Virus record (IMG/VR): IMGVR_UViG_3300028840_008157
Length of the DNA stretch: 64,000 bases
Source of the DNA: a virus
Taxonomy: Duplodnaviria > Heunggongvirae > Uroviricota > Caudoviricetes
Strand: one strand, 5' to 3'
The notes beneath the pieces are model-generated. The model was not told where the DNA came from. It did no database searches and worked only from the letters and a program-made list of their open reading frames with translations. The translations under genes and the position numbers were made by a program. Position 1 is the stretch's first letter. Each line of letters begins with the position of its first letter. Below, piece after piece: positions 1 to 9,884 of the stretch.

Positions 1-2
1 CG

Positions 3-479
3 CAGGGAGGCGGCGGAAGCGGCGCCATCATGTCAGGAAACATGACCGAGTTCCACAAGAAGATGGAGGCGGAGGCCAAGGCGCAGGGCGTTTCATACGG
101 GGAGTACATCGCCAAGAAGTTCGGCCCGAAGGGCGTCGAGGCCGGTCGCGCCATCCTGGCCAAGACTTCAGAGAGGATTTCGGAGGGTTCTCCCCCGGGC
201 GTGGCGTTCTACGAGGCCATGGATCATTTCTTGTCTGGTTCCATGGCCCGCGAGATCATCGCCACGGCCCTCGCGAGCGCCAAGAAGGTGGCCTTCTCGA
301 TCGAGGAAGGCGAGGAGATCGACAGGGACGTAAAGATCGACGAGCTAGAGAAGATGTTCCAGGCTTTCGGGAGAGCCTTGTCGGTCCTGGAGGAGGAACT
401 GGAAAATCTCAAGGTATGGAAGTCGGCGTTGCCCCGCGACGTCGACATCCCTAAACACATGAAACAACTGGAGGAATAA
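3..479 (+). CDS. Hypothetical protein, probably truncated at the 5' window edge
   Basis: ORF 30..479; the frame stays open upstream to position 3 (QGGGGSGAI-M); GC3-rich codons as in neighbouring genes. Confidence 0.65.
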   Translation, partial: QGGGGSGAIMSGNMTEFHKKMEAEAKAQGVSYGEYIAKKFGPKGVEAGRAILAKTSERISEGSPPGVAFYEAMDHFLSGSMAREIIATALASAKKVAFSIEEGEEIDRDVKIDELEKMFQAFGRALSVLEEELENLKVWKSALPRDVDIPKHMKQLEE

Positions 480-482
480 GTC

Positions 483-1217
483 ATGAGAATCGCCTCGTGC
501 AACAACAACTCGTTGGACAGGCTGATCCGCCGCGAGGCGGCCCTTGGCGACCTGGAGAAGGTCGTCGAGGCCGCTTCCTCCAACAACGATCCAGAGGACG
601 TCTTGCCCGCTCTTCGCATGATCGTCTCCGCGAATCATGACGTCCTCGAGGAGATGGACCTCAAGGGAACCCTGTCCAGGCTCGCGGCCAAGGGGGTCAA
701 GGTCGCGTGGGCCGAGGGATTCATGGGGGGCCTTGGCGGCGCGCTCGAGGGAATACAAAAGGGATGGCAATCTGGCGCGCAAGGGGCGAAGGTTCAGAAG
801 GCCAAGCAGCAGGCCATCCAAGCCCTACAAAACCTCATGCAGGTCGATCCCGAGGCGCACAAGATCGTCGGCAACGTGATCACCCAATTGTCTCCCGCCG
901 GCGCGGCCGACGCACAACAAGGACAGCAGCAACAGCAACAAAACCTGCAACAAATACCGCCTCAACAGGCGGCCCAGGAACTCGCCCAACAATCACAAGG
1001 TCCCCAGGGGATGCAGCCGCAGCGCATGCAACCGCAGAGAGCGGGCCAAGCCCAGGCGTCGCCGATGGCCGCGTTAAACAATCTCATGCGCCAGAACGCG
1101 GGCAACGAGTCCTTCAATAACGATTTGCAAGCCCTGATCCAGAAGTATAGCCCCCAACAAGCCCTTCCTGGGGCTGGCCCGGGAACTCCTGGCGTACGGG
1201 TGCCGGCCGGAAAGTAG
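483..1217 (+). CDS. Hypothetical Q/A/G-rich protein, possible internal head protein
   Basis: GGAGGA RBS, tightly packed after the previous stop; low-complexity poly-Q C-terminal half. Confidence 0.75.
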   Translation: MRIASCNNNSLDRLIRREAALGDLEKVVEAASSNNDPEDVLPALRMIVSANHDVLEEMDLKGTLSRLAAKGVKVAWAEGFMGGLGGALEGIQKGWQSGAQGAKVQKAKQQAIQALQNLMQVDPEAHKIVGNVITQLSPAGAADAQQGQQQQQQNLQQIPPQQAAQELAQQSQGPQGMQPQRMQPQRAGQAQASPMAALNNLMRQNAGNESFNNDLQALIQKYSPQQALPGAGPGTPGVRVPAGK

Positions 1218-1221
1218 TCCA

Positions 1222-2703
1222 ATGCTGATCGTCGCGCCGAACAAACCGAAGCAGGTCGTCGCGTGGCGGTGGCCATTCTCCCGCGAGAGCGAGTTCGAGG
1301 CCGCGGCCAAGCGACTGTCGAAGGAGAAGCTGGGCAAGCTCAGGTTCCTGGTCGACCAGTTCTCCAACGCCATCCTCCTGGGAGAGTTCACGCGGGCCAT
1401 CCCCGACGCGAAGACGCTGGATCGGGCCGTCGAGAGGTTCGAGGTCCTCGCCAACCCGATCGTCTCCGCCGCCATGTCGATGGAGGACGAGCTCGCGAAC
1501 CGCGGGATCAACGTCTCCTACAGGACCAAGGACCCGATGACCGGTAACGAGGCGCGCATCGACGAGCTATACATGTCGCTATTCAACCTCGTCAAGATGG
1601 CCAAGGCGTGGTGGGGGGACGAGGAGAAACGTCGCGGCATCCTGTCCGCGATGGTCGCGAGGATGACGTCCATACAAGATACCCTCGAGCGCGTGTCGGA
1701 GCCATATGCCAGTCCCCGCGCCATCAAGGAGATCGACAAGATACCCTACCGCGAGGACTCGGACTGGGGGGAGAAGATGCGGGATAAGGTCGAGACCGCC
1801 CCGCCGGAGGCCAAGCCCGAGACCCCCGCCCCCGCTCCGGAACCGGAAGCCCCATCACCCGCCGGTGACGTCCCGTATTTCGCCGGGACCGGAGACGAGG
1901 AGAAGAAGGGCCATCAGGCCAAGTCAAGAACCCAGTTAAGGGACGACGTCCTGGACGCCCTCAGGGCCAACCGAGACAAGCTTCCCGACGACCTGAAGGC
2001 GGGATTCCCAGGGTTAGTCCGTTTCTTCATGATGATGTCCAAGGTCAAGACGGCCGGCTTCCTGGAGAACGTCTACAACCAGCGCAAGGGCGACGTCTCC
2101 AGGCTGCTCCAGCGCTTTTACGGGGACGATTACGCTCGCGTCAAGGACTTCGAGCAAGCCGTCCTCTCCTGGCTCGAGCACGTTTGGAACGTGGAGGATT
2201 TCCCCGAGGTCGACCCCCAATCGCACGGCATCGAACCGTTCGATCACCTGATGGACGTCGCGAGGGAGATGACCGACAGGGGGGATTCGCACGAGGCCGT
2301 CGTCGACGAGATTTCAAGGCTGATGATGAAGATCACGGGAGGACGCGAGTTCAAGCTCAACGACCTGGTCAACAAGCGCCCCCACTTCTTCTCTTCCAAC
2401 CCGGAGTTCGCCGAGGCGGTCGAGAAGACGCGGAAGGAGATCAGGGGGACTCTATCGGCCCCCGCCGCCCCGGCCATACCGTCCCAGATCCCGAAGGCCA
2501 CCCCGAAAGCGCCAATCGTTCTGGAGCCCCCGGAAGAGGAGGTCGGCGTCCCGGAGGAATACACCGGCCCGATGCCCCCGGAACCCGCGCCTCCCCCGAG
2601 GAAGCCATCCGTGGAGGTACTGAAGCCGGGCGAAACCCCGAAGGCCGACACGCCTAGGTTCTTCAAGCCCCCAAGGAAACCGACGAGGAAGCAACGAACA
2701 TAA
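1222..2703 (+). CDS. Hypothetical protein with Pro-rich linkers, possible internal head protein
   Basis: 493-aa ORF with operon-like spacing; contains the KVKTA motif shared with other head-region proteins. Confidence 0.8.
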   Translation: MLIVAPNKPKQVVAWRWPFSRESEFEAAAKRLSKEKLGKLRFLVDQFSNAILLGEFTRAIPDAKTLDRAVERFEVLANPIVSAAMSMEDELANRGINVSYRTKDPMTGNEARIDELYMSLFNLVKMAKAWWGDEEKRRGILSAMVARMTSIQDTLERVSEPYASPRAIKEIDKIPYREDSDWGEKMRDKVETAPPEAKPETPAPAPEPEAPSPAGDVPYFAGTGDEEKKGHQAKSRTQLRDDVLDALRANRDKLPDDLKAGFPGLVRFFMMMSKVKTAGFLENVYNQRKGDVSRLLQRFYGDDYARVKDFEQAVLSWLEHVWNVEDFPEVDPQSHGIEPFDHLMDVAREMTDRGDSHEAVVDEISRLMMKITGGREFKLNDLVNKRPHFFSSNPEFAEAVEKTRKEIRGTLSAPAAPAIPSQIPKATPKAPIVLEPPEEEVGVPEEYTGPMPPEPAPPPRKPSVEVLKPGETPKADTPRFFKPPRKPTRKQRT

Positions 2704-2708
2704 CCAAG

Positions 2709-2740
2709 GAGCCGTTCCGTAACGGGACGTGGACTGAAAC
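2709..2740 (+). CRISPR. Solitary, degenerate type I-C CRISPR-repeat-like unit (no array)
   Basis: GAGCCGTTCCGTAACGGGACGTGGACTGAAAC: 7-bp hairpin CGTTCCG/CGGGACG followed by an 11-nt tail TGGACTGAAAC, the architecture of I-C repeats (..GCGTGGATTGAAAC). Confidence 0.45.
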
Positions 2741-2834
2741 GATTAGGAAGGAATAAGAAAGCCAGGATTCGTAGCAAGATCATGAGGACGTTAGTGGCCT
2801 CGTGGACAGCTACCCTCTATGGGAGGAAGTAAGG

Positions 2835-3884
2835 ATGAAATTCTTCAACTCGCGGATCGTGACCAAGACGGTCCAGCTCGCCGATGCCTTGAAGGCCGAG
2901 AAGAAGCCTGACAGGAAGCTCGATGAGGTCCTGGCCGACATCAAGTCCAAGGGCCAGGTCAAGACGGCTGGCTCCGAGGCGCAGGTCAAGACGGCCGAGA
3001 AGGCCGAGGACAATATCGTCAAGCTGGCGCGCGCGATGGTCGAGAACCCGACCAAGGAGAACATCGTCGCGTTCAGGAGCGAGTTGCCTCCGACTGGCCA
3101 GGCCGTCGCCCCGACCGACGTTTCCCCTGCCCAGGGTGCGCCAGGCGAAGTCGCCGTCGAAGAGGGGAAGGCGATTTCCGAGCTTCGCATCCTCTCGGCC
3201 AAGTCGGTCAACCCGGAAGTCAAGGCGATCCTTGACGATGCGATCTCTCGCTTGACCGACGTGCAGGTCAAGCCCGAGCAGGCCGGACGAGCCGTCGGCG
3301 AATGGTCCTCGGAGGGCGCGCCCGCCCAGGTCGGCGTCGGCGAAGCCCCCGCTCGAGCCTCTTCCGAAAAGGAAGTAAAGGAAGCCAAGGTCGAGGAACC
3401 CAAGGCCGAGAAGCAGGCCAAGAAGGAGCTGCCCCCAGAGTTCCTCGAGAACATCAAGGGCAAGAAGAAGGACGAAGGAAAGAAGGAGAAGGAGGAGGCC
3501 AAGTGCGCCGATAACGAGGCGAAGTGCGCCGAGTCAGCGCCGAAGACGCTGAAGATGGCCAAGTCCCTCGACTTCCGCCAGTGGGCCGCCGAGGACGTCG
3601 TGACGGCGTGGGGCCAGCACGGGTCGTTCGACAAGTGCGTGGCCAACGTCGATGGCCTCGTCAACGAGCCTAAGACGTACTGCAAGCTGCTCCAGGTCGC
3701 GAGCGGCAAGGCCGACGCCATCGTCAAGACGGCCGCCGCCAAGAAGACTGAGAAGAAGGCCGCCCCGAAGGGCGTCTTCAAGAAGCTCGCGAAGCTCAGC
3801 GACGACGAGCTCGCCTTCCTCAAGGAGTACTGGAGGAACCTCTACGGCGACGAGTACGTCGCCAGCATGACGAAGGACTACTAA
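2835..3884 (+). CDS. Hypothetical K/A/E-rich virion-associated protein
   Basis: ATG at 2835 after GGAGG/AAGG; three VKTA motifs; C-terminal small Cys domain (FDKCVANVDGLVNEPKTYC). Confidence 0.8.
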   Translation: MKFFNSRIVTKTVQLADALKAEKKPDRKLDEVLADIKSKGQVKTAGSEAQVKTAEKAEDNIVKLARAMVENPTKENIVAFRSELPPTGQAVAPTDVSPAQGAPGEVAVEEGKAISELRILSAKSVNPEVKAILDDAISRLTDVQVKPEQAGRAVGEWSSEGAPAQVGVGEAPARASSEKEVKEAKVEEPKAEKQAKKELPPEFLENIKGKKKDEGKKEKEEAKCADNEAKCAESAPKTLKMAKSLDFRQWAAEDVVTAWGQHGSFDKCVANVDGLVNEPKTYCKLLQVASGKADAIVKTAAAKKTEKKAAPKGVFKKLAKLSDDELAFLKEYWRNLYGDEYVASMTKDY

Positions 3885-3926
3885 CCTGGGGGCAGGAAAA
3901 TTCCGTCTCCATGGTAGATGAGCCGG

Positions 3927-3969
3927 GAGGCGCCACGGAGCCGGAGCGGGTTCCGTGGCGCCTTTCTTT
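3927..3969 (+). terminator. Rho-independent terminator
   Basis: About 15-bp GC stem AGGCGCCACGGAGCC/GGTTCCGTGGCGCCT followed by TTCTTT. Confidence 0.75.
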
Positions 3970-3982
3970 AGGGGAACGAAGC

Positions 3983-4007
3983 GTCGCCCTAGCGCGAGGA
4001 TTGAAAC
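3983..4007 (+). CRISPR. Shortened solitary type I-C repeat-like unit
   Basis: GTCGCCCTAGCGCGAGGATTGAAAC keeps the GTCGC start and GCG-NGGATTGAAAC end of I-C repeats with a shortened stem; abuts the AGGAG RBS of the 4020 gene. Confidence 0.35.
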
Positions 4008-4019
4008 AGGAGAACGAAG

Positions 4020-4421
4020 ATGTTCAACGCCAGGAAGCAACGCAAGATCGCGGCCGAGGACGCCCCAGTGGCGGCCAAGCCAGCGGTCAATCCAAACGCC
4101 GGCTTCATCGACCTGAAGAAGGTGCTCCAGCAGCTCCATGAGATCGCCCGAGACCCTACGGGCAAGGACGTCGAGGTCGATTCCAGCAGCAAGCAGGGCG
4201 TCCATACCTTCACCATCAAGGTCAAGCCGACCGAGATGATGCAGCGCGCCGAGGAGAACGGCGCGGTGGCCACCGAGGCCGTCGAGGCCCCCGTGTCCCC
4301 TCCGCCGGCGGAGGCGATGCCCGTCGCGTCGTCGAAGGGTAAGTTCATGAGGACGGCCGACGCCAAGGCGTCGAGCCTCTCTCGGTACCCCGAATCGTTC
4401 CTGAAGTCGATCGGTTTCTGA
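4020..4421 (+). CDS. Hypothetical protein
   Basis: AGGAG RBS; basic N-terminus MFNARKQRKIAA; VASSKGKFMRTA motif. Confidence 0.8.
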   Translation: MFNARKQRKIAAEDAPVAAKPAVNPNAGFIDLKKVLQQLHEIARDPTGKDVEVDSSSKQGVHTFTIKVKPTEMMQRAEENGAVATEAVEAPVSPPPAEAMPVASSKGKFMRTADAKASSLSRYPESFLKSIGF

Positions 4422-4439
4422 ACAAAGGAGAGATGAAAC

Positions 4440-5444
4440 ATGAGGATTCAGTCGCGGAAGGAGGCGTTGTCGTGGGTCGACGCGCTCTCCGGCAAGAAGC
4501 CCATCGAGACGGTCCAGGACCAGATCGAGACGGCCGACGAGGCCGACCCGTCCAAGGCGCTCGAGATGACGTCGAGCATCCTGTTCGGCACGCCCATCCA
4601 GCAGGAGTCGTCCGAGCAGACCATCCGCAGGCACTCAGAGGAGGTTCGTCGACGCGAGGTCGCCAAGATCAACGAGGACCTGACCAACGACGTCAAGCTC
4701 AAGCTGTCTGACGCCGGCGTCGACCCCGTCGCCCTTGGCGTCGTCAAGTCCGAGGAGTGGGAGTCCATCTCCGACCCCGACAAGGCCGGAGAGATCGCCA
4801 AGATCGCGGCCCTCAAGCAGGAGAAGAAACTCTCCGAGGAGTGGCAGGCCGAGGGCATGAAGCCCGCGACCCCTGCCAAAATGTCCTTTGACGAGACCAC
4901 CAAGGGCGGACGCGTCATGTCGTCGGCGGCAGCCAACGAGGAGACGAGGGGAAGGCCGTCAAGCATCGGTGGTGACCCGTTCAAGCTCGACCAGATCGCC
5001 TCCGAGGCCAACGAACACGATGACGCCGTCAAGCGAAGCCGGGCTCGCCTGGACGCCGCCAAAGAGGCCAAGCGCAAGTCGATCGAGGAGAACCAGCCCC
5101 CGGAGGAGGCCGCGCTCAGGGAGGGTTCCATCCGAAGGTCCGGCGGCCACGACTCCGAGATGGGTCGTTACAAGGCGCCCGCCAACCAAGTCTCCATCCT
5201 CGACACGTACGGGGAGGGCAAGCTGCCTCCCGAGGAGCTCAAGAAAAGGATGGAGGACCTCTTCGCCTCGAAGGTCCCCGACGCCAAGTCACGGACCAAG
5301 AAGGCGCAGGAGGAGAGGCGAGAGGAGATCAAGCGGCCCAAGGAAGACGACAAGTCATGGGAGAAGGTTTCCAAGCCGACCTCAACCGCCGACCTACAGG
5401 AGAGGCTCGTGTCCTTGTGGCTACCCGAGGAACCTGGAAAATAA
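4440..5444 (+). CDS. Hypothetical charged protein
   Basis: AAGGAG RBS; 334-aa ORF with GC3-biased codons. Confidence 0.8.
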   Translation: MRIQSRKEALSWVDALSGKKPIETVQDQIETADEADPSKALEMTSSILFGTPIQQESSEQTIRRHSEEVRRREVAKINEDLTNDVKLKLSDAGVDPVALGVVKSEEWESISDPDKAGEIAKIAALKQEKKLSEEWQAEGMKPATPAKMSFDETTKGGRVMSSAAANEETRGRPSSIGGDPFKLDQIASEANEHDDAVKRSRARLDAAKEAKRKSIEENQPPEEAALREGSIRRSGGHDSEMGRYKAPANQVSILDTYGEGKLPPEELKKRMEDLFASKVPDAKSRTKKAQEERREEIKRPKEDDKSWEKVSKPTSTADLQERLVSLWLPEEPGK

Positions 5445-7882
5445 GGCGGATCGCGCAGGATTCGCTTCCCGGTGATCCAGGGCCAGAGAGCCCGGAGCCC
5501 GGCGATCCCGACGTCCAGCCCGAGACGCCGATTCTCGACCCCATGGTCACCGCCGACCAGCTTGGTCGCATCGCCTACCTCAACTCCCTGTGGCGCGGGT
5601 ACCAGAACAAGGGGCTGGACTCCGTCGTCGTTGGGAACATCAAGAACCAGGTCGCCAGCAACCAGGGCATCAACGTCATGGCCGGCGACGAGATATCCCA
5701 GATGCTCATCGACGCCGGCGTGAACGCTCCCGGGGGAGACAACCCCAAGGACGCCATCCTCCCGGACAACATCGACACGGTCTTCGCGCAGCTCAAGTCC
5801 CAGTACGGGGAGGACAACCCCGAGATGGCGTCCAACATCGACGCGGCGCTCGAGAAGGCGCGCCAGGCGGCCTACAACCAGGACGCCTCGGGGAACTCCG
5901 TCCAGGCCGACTTCAGCACCTTGTTCGCCCAGGAGTTGCAGAAGGCTCGTGGCGGACGCCCCCTGGCATCAAGGTGGGGGCTCGTCAAGACCGCGCAGCC
6001 CGTCGACCCGCTCGTCATGGAGCCTTTCCAGTCCATCGACGACATGAAGGCCCGGTTGCTCGAGCTGGGGAGACCCCAGGAGGGCGAGGAGTCAGAGAAT
6101 GCCCTGCGACGGGTATACGAAAAGGTTTTGGCCATGGTTGGCCCCGAACATACAGATAGGGCAAAGGCGGCGGTGAAGGCCTTCTATCAATTCGGGAAGG
6201 TCGCCGATCTTTGGTCCTTGTTCCAGGAACTAGGGCTCGCCGCCCCCATCGACCAGGAGGTCATTGGCGAGATCATGGAAACAAACCCGGACCTCTTCAA
6301 GAAGGACGCGGCCAAGAAGGGCCTTTTCCTGCCCCCGCATGACGCGAGCCTTTACACGTTGCCCGAGGGCATGACGAAGACCGCCTCCGGCGGAGTCGGA
6401 GGCGCCGGCTCGGCTTACCCGGCCTACGAATTCGAGGGATCCAACCGCTATTGCCCCAAGCTCCGTAACGTCGTCAACACGTTCGTGTGCCGCTACCATT
6501 GCCTCGACGGACTCAAGATCGACGACGCCCAGGTCGTCTGCGGCGAGGCCATCTGGAGGCAGGTCGTCGCGGACAAGTTCTCCCGCGAGTACCGCAACAA
6601 GGACGGCGAATGGGTCGGGGGATACCTCAACAAGCGATTCGAGATTCATCGAGACGACGGCGGTCACCCCTACCAGCTCAAGCCCGGACGGCGGCACGCG
6701 CCCATCCACGAGGACGCCTGGTCGTACGAGAAGCGCATGCAGGAGATGCGCAAGAAGGAGGGCAAGAAACGCGGCTACGGCCCCGTGTCCGGAGAGGGCG
6801 AGAAGGAGAAGCTTTACAACTTCGACCAGTACGAGCTCATGGGCGGACCCGAGTCCAGCACGCTCGGCGCCAAGCCGCGCGACCCGCTCGCGAAGAACGC
6901 CTCGTGCGGCTCCTGCGGCCTGAAGACGGCGATACACGACCCGGATCATCCAGACATCGGGCATGATCCCCGCGAGGGGTACCGTGCCGAGGAGCTGTTC
7001 GAGGACCACGTCAGCCTTGGCAAGCCCCTGACCCAGGCCGAGGTCGACGAGATCATCCATACCGTCCGGACCGCCTCCGGGCCGCTCACGCTGGACGACT
7101 TCGAGGAGAAGAACGGGTTATTCTGGTTCAAGCAGCCCGAGTTCGACGAGGAGCCACCCCCGGCCGAGGCCGCCTCCAAGTGGTCCATCAAGGAGGCCAA
7201 GACGGAAAAGCGGGAGGGGGCGTTCAACCTTCGCCGTCTCGCCGTCGACAACGGCAACCCGCTCATGGACGGGATCGACATGGGACCGAAGGCCAAGGCG
7301 TGCGCCTCCTGCGGAAAGAAGTTCGCCCTGACCTACGCCGGAGCGTGCGACGTTTGCGGCTGCGGCCAACTCCTGACCAAGAGCGACGGCGACATCAAGT
7401 CCGAGACCCACGCCGTCGACAAGCCCGAGTTCTCGCTTGACATCAAGGCGTCCGATGATGACGTCGAGGTGCGTTACGCCAATGGCGTGTTCATGGCCTC
7501 CCAGGGCGCCAGGCGCGCTTACGGGGAGTCGGCCGCCGTGGCCGTGGAGAAGCTCGCCGCCGTCCCCGAGGACGTGTCCGTAGAGGAACTCGGCCAACAA
7601 CTGAAGAAGGATGAATCAGGCGGGGTTCCCGGCGAGGAGCCGGTCGTAACGGAGGCCGAGCCCCTGGAAACGGTCGACGCGACCCCCACGACGGAACAAA
7701 TACCGATGGGAGAGGCGCCGGAATCAGGAGAAAACCCGTTCGAGGCCATGGCCTCCGACGCGGAGCCCGCCCCGGACGCCTCCGAGCTTCAGGCGAATGC
7801 CGGGGAGCCCCTGGCGGAGGGCGACGACCCTCTCGAGCAAAAGGAAGACGAGGAGAATTACGACGAGCTGATGGGAATCTGA
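5417..7882 (+). CDS. Large hypothetical protein with Cys/Zn-ribbon segments and acidic tail
   Basis: Likely GTG start at 5417 after AGGAGAGG; Cys motifs CPKL..CRYHC, SCGSC, CASC..CDVCGC; several KTA/KEA motifs. Confidence 0.8.
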   Translation: MATRGTWKIRRIAQDSLPGDPGPESPEPGDPDVQPETPILDPMVTADQLGRIAYLNSLWRGYQNKGLDSVVVGNIKNQVASNQGINVMAGDEISQMLIDAGVNAPGGDNPKDAILPDNIDTVFAQLKSQYGEDNPEMASNIDAALEKARQAAYNQDASGNSVQADFSTLFAQELQKARGGRPLASRWGLVKTAQPVDPLVMEPFQSIDDMKARLLELGRPQEGEESENALRRVYEKVLAMVGPEHTDRAKAAVKAFYQFGKVADLWSLFQELGLAAPIDQEVIGEIMETNPDLFKKDAAKKGLFLPPHDASLYTLPEGMTKTASGGVGGAGSAYPAYEFEGSNRYCPKLRNVVNTFVCRYHCLDGLKIDDAQVVCGEAIWRQVVADKFSREYRNKDGEWVGGYLNKRFEIHRDDGGHPYQLKPGRRHAPIHEDAWSYEKRMQEMRKKEGKKRGYGPVSGEGEKEKLYNFDQYELMGGPESSTLGAKPRDPLAKNASCGSCGLKTAIHDPDHPDIGHDPREGYRAEELFEDHVSLGKPLTQAEVDEIIHTVRTASGPLTLDDFEEKNGLFWFKQPEFDEEPPPAEAASKWSIKEAKTEKREGAFNLRRLAVDNGNPLMDGIDMGPKAKACASCGKKFALTYAGACDVCGCGQLLTKSDGDIKSETHAVDKPEFSLDIKASDDDVEVRYANGVFMASQGARRAYGESAAVAVEKLAAVPEDVSVEELGQQLKKDESGGVPGEEPVVTEAEPLETVDATPTTEQIPMGEAPESGENPFEAMASDAEPAPDASELQANAGEPLAEGDDPLEQKEDEENYDELMGI

Positions 7883-7913
7883 TCGTCGTCCAGGAAGAAA
7901 GAGGAGCAGAGAA

Positions 7914-8855
7914 ATGGCTGACCGGATTCGCAAGATCAATAGCACGACCGGCGAGACCCACGCGCTGATCACGACCGACTCGCTCGCGTCGGGCGCGAGG
8001 ATCAACGGCATCGCGGTCTCGCCAAACGGGACCGTGTACGCGGCCGACTACGCCAATCACGTCGTCTACAAGATCTACGAGCAAGGCAGGATCTTGGGCG
8101 TCCTGGTCGGCGAGCTGACCACGAGCGGCGACACCGCGAGCAGCGGCATGTACGGCAGCGACGGGCTCGACGCCCGCCTCGACTCGCCATACAGGCTTTG
8201 CGTGGACGCCTCGGAGAACATCTGGGTTTCCGACCGGGCCAACCACAAGATCAAGCGGTTGAGCCCGAGCGGTCGCTGCCAAACGCTGGCCGGGACCGGC
8301 GTGGCGGGCAACGTCGTCGATGACGACGGCCTGACGTGCCAGTTCAACAACCCGACCGGGATAACCGTGGACAAGAGCGGCAACCTGTACGTCTGCGACC
8401 TGGGGAACTTCCGGATCAAGAAGGTATACCCGTCCGGCAAGACGGTCGTCCTGGCCGGAAGTACCACGGGGTTCGCTAACGGGAACGGGAACGACGTCAA
8501 GTTCGCGTCCTGCTACGGTCTCGACGTCGATCCCTCCGGGATCGTCTACGTGGCCGACTACGGGAACAACAGGATCCGGCGCCTCGACCAGGCCGGCAAC
8601 GTCGTGACCCTGGCGGGTTACAGCGCGGGGTTCGTCGATGGAAGCGGTAACGCGGCTCGGTTCAGCGGTCCGTCAGAGTTGGTCCTCGACCCGAGCGGAC
8701 GGTTCATGTTCGTCCTCGACTACTCCAACACGGCCATCCGTCGCGTCACGTCCAACGGGACGGTCACGACCTTCGCCAACTGGCCTGCGGCCACCGCGAA
8801 CGCCATGGCGATGGACAAGAGCGGGTTCTTGTACTACCTCGAGGACAATGTCTAA
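7914..8855 (+). CDS. NHL-repeat beta-propeller protein
   Basis: Repeated motifs of the form FNNPTGITVDKSGNLYVCDLGNFRIKKV and GIVYVADYGNNRIRRL. Confidence 0.9.
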   Translation: MADRIRKINSTTGETHALITTDSLASGARINGIAVSPNGTVYAADYANHVVYKIYEQGRILGVLVGELTTSGDTASSGMYGSDGLDARLDSPYRLCVDASENIWVSDRANHKIKRLSPSGRCQTLAGTGVAGNVVDDDGLTCQFNNPTGITVDKSGNLYVCDLGNFRIKKVYPSGKTVVLAGSTTGFANGNGNDVKFASCYGLDVDPSGIVYVADYGNNRIRRLDQAGNVVTLAGYSAGFVDGSGNAARFSGPSELVLDPSGRFMFVLDYSNTAIRRVTSNGTVTTFANWPAATANAMAMDKSGFLYYLEDNV

Positions 8856-8866
8856 GAGGAGGACCG

Positions 8867-9076
8867 ATGCTTACTAAAATAGGGGTCGTGACCAACAGGG
8901 AGAAGAAGGCTGGACCAAACGTCCAGGACGCCCTCGAGGTCAAGGCTTCCAAGAAGTTCACCAAGAAGGTCACGTGCCCGTCCTGCGAGGCGGAGCTCGT
9001 CAAGGAATGCCCGAGCGAGGCCATGTGCGAGGTCTCGGTCCTGAAGTGCCCCCATTGCGGGGCCAGCGTAAGATAG
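8867..9076 (+). CDS. Small Zn-ribbon protein
   Basis: GGAGGA RBS; CPSC...CPHC pairs. Confidence 0.75.
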   Translation: MLTKIGVVTNREKKAGPNVQDALEVKASKKFTKKVTCPSCEAELVKECPSEAMCEVSVLKCPHCGASVR

Positions 9077-9086
9077 GAGGCCCTCG

Positions 9087-9539
9087 ATGGCGGACAAGGT
9101 CAAGTGGCTCAGGCCGGTAAGCGCCGGGACGTCGACCGAGCCGGACATGCCCCAGAAGACCGTCGTCGCGAACTTCACGACCCTGAACAACGCCGCGGGG
9201 ATCGCCATCGACAACTCCCGCAACATCTTCGTGAGCGACTCCGCTCGTCACGTCATCCTCAAGTACAGGTTCGGCTCCAAGGACGCCCCCGCCGTCTACG
9301 CGGGAGCGTACGACCAGGCGGGACTGGTTGACGGACAGGCGACGGCCGCCCGGTTCGATTCCCCCGGAGCGATCGCCGTCGACCCCAGCGGGGTCCTTTG
9401 GGTCATCGACGTTGGCAACAATCGCATCCGCAGGATCGACGCGAACGCGAACGTGTGGACCGTGGCGGCCACGACCGCCGCCGCTGGCGACCCCATCGCC
9501 GTCGACACGAGCGGCAAGATATTCTTCGTGGAGACCTGA
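9087..9539 (+). CDS. Short NHL-repeat protein, likely paralog of 7914
   Basis: ARFDSPGAIAVDPSGVLWVIDVGNNRIRRI; N-terminus MADKVK resembles MADRIR. Confidence 0.85.
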   Translation: MADKVKWLRPVSAGTSTEPDMPQKTVVANFTTLNNAAGIAIDNSRNIFVSDSARHVILKYRFGSKDAPAVYAGAYDQAGLVDGQATAARFDSPGAIAVDPSGVLWVIDVGNNRIRRIDANANVWTVAATTAAAGDPIAVDTSGKIFFVET

Positions 9540-9542
9540 TCA

Positions 9543-9803
9543 ATGTATAACCACCCATCTCTGCCCGGACGGTTCTTCAAGTCCCAGGGCGCCCTCCGAC
9601 AAGCCCTCGCCAAGAAGAAGGGTTCCGGCGGCGTTGCCGGGATGGCCAAGTCCATCAAGGGCGAGGAGCATCCCCACGCGGCCTGCATGGACAAGGTCAA
9701 GAGGCACAACATCGACGTCTCGGACCCGGAGGCTTTCTGCGCGGAGGCCGTCGACGTCGCGAAAGGAACTACCCATTGGAGGGGGAAGGACAAGGAGGAC
9801 TGA
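9543..9803 (+). CDS. Small hypothetical protein with C-x(15)-C motif
   Basis: HAACMDKVKRHNIDVSDPEAFCA; operonic spacing after the previous gene. Confidence 0.7.
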   Translation: MYNHPSLPGRFFKSQGALRQALAKKKGSGGVAGMAKSIKGEEHPHAACMDKVKRHNIDVSDPEAFCAEAVDVAKGTTHWRGKDKED

Positions 9804-9845
9804 TGACCTCTCCGGGGCGAGCATGTCCCGAGGGGGACCGCGCGG

Positions 9846-9876
9846 ACGCCGCCCGGGAGATCTCGGGCGGCGTTTT
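9846..9876 (+). terminator. Rho-independent terminator
   Basis: ACGCCGCCCG/CGGGCGGCGT stem followed by TTT. Confidence 0.6.
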
Positions 9877-9884
9877 CCGTTCGA

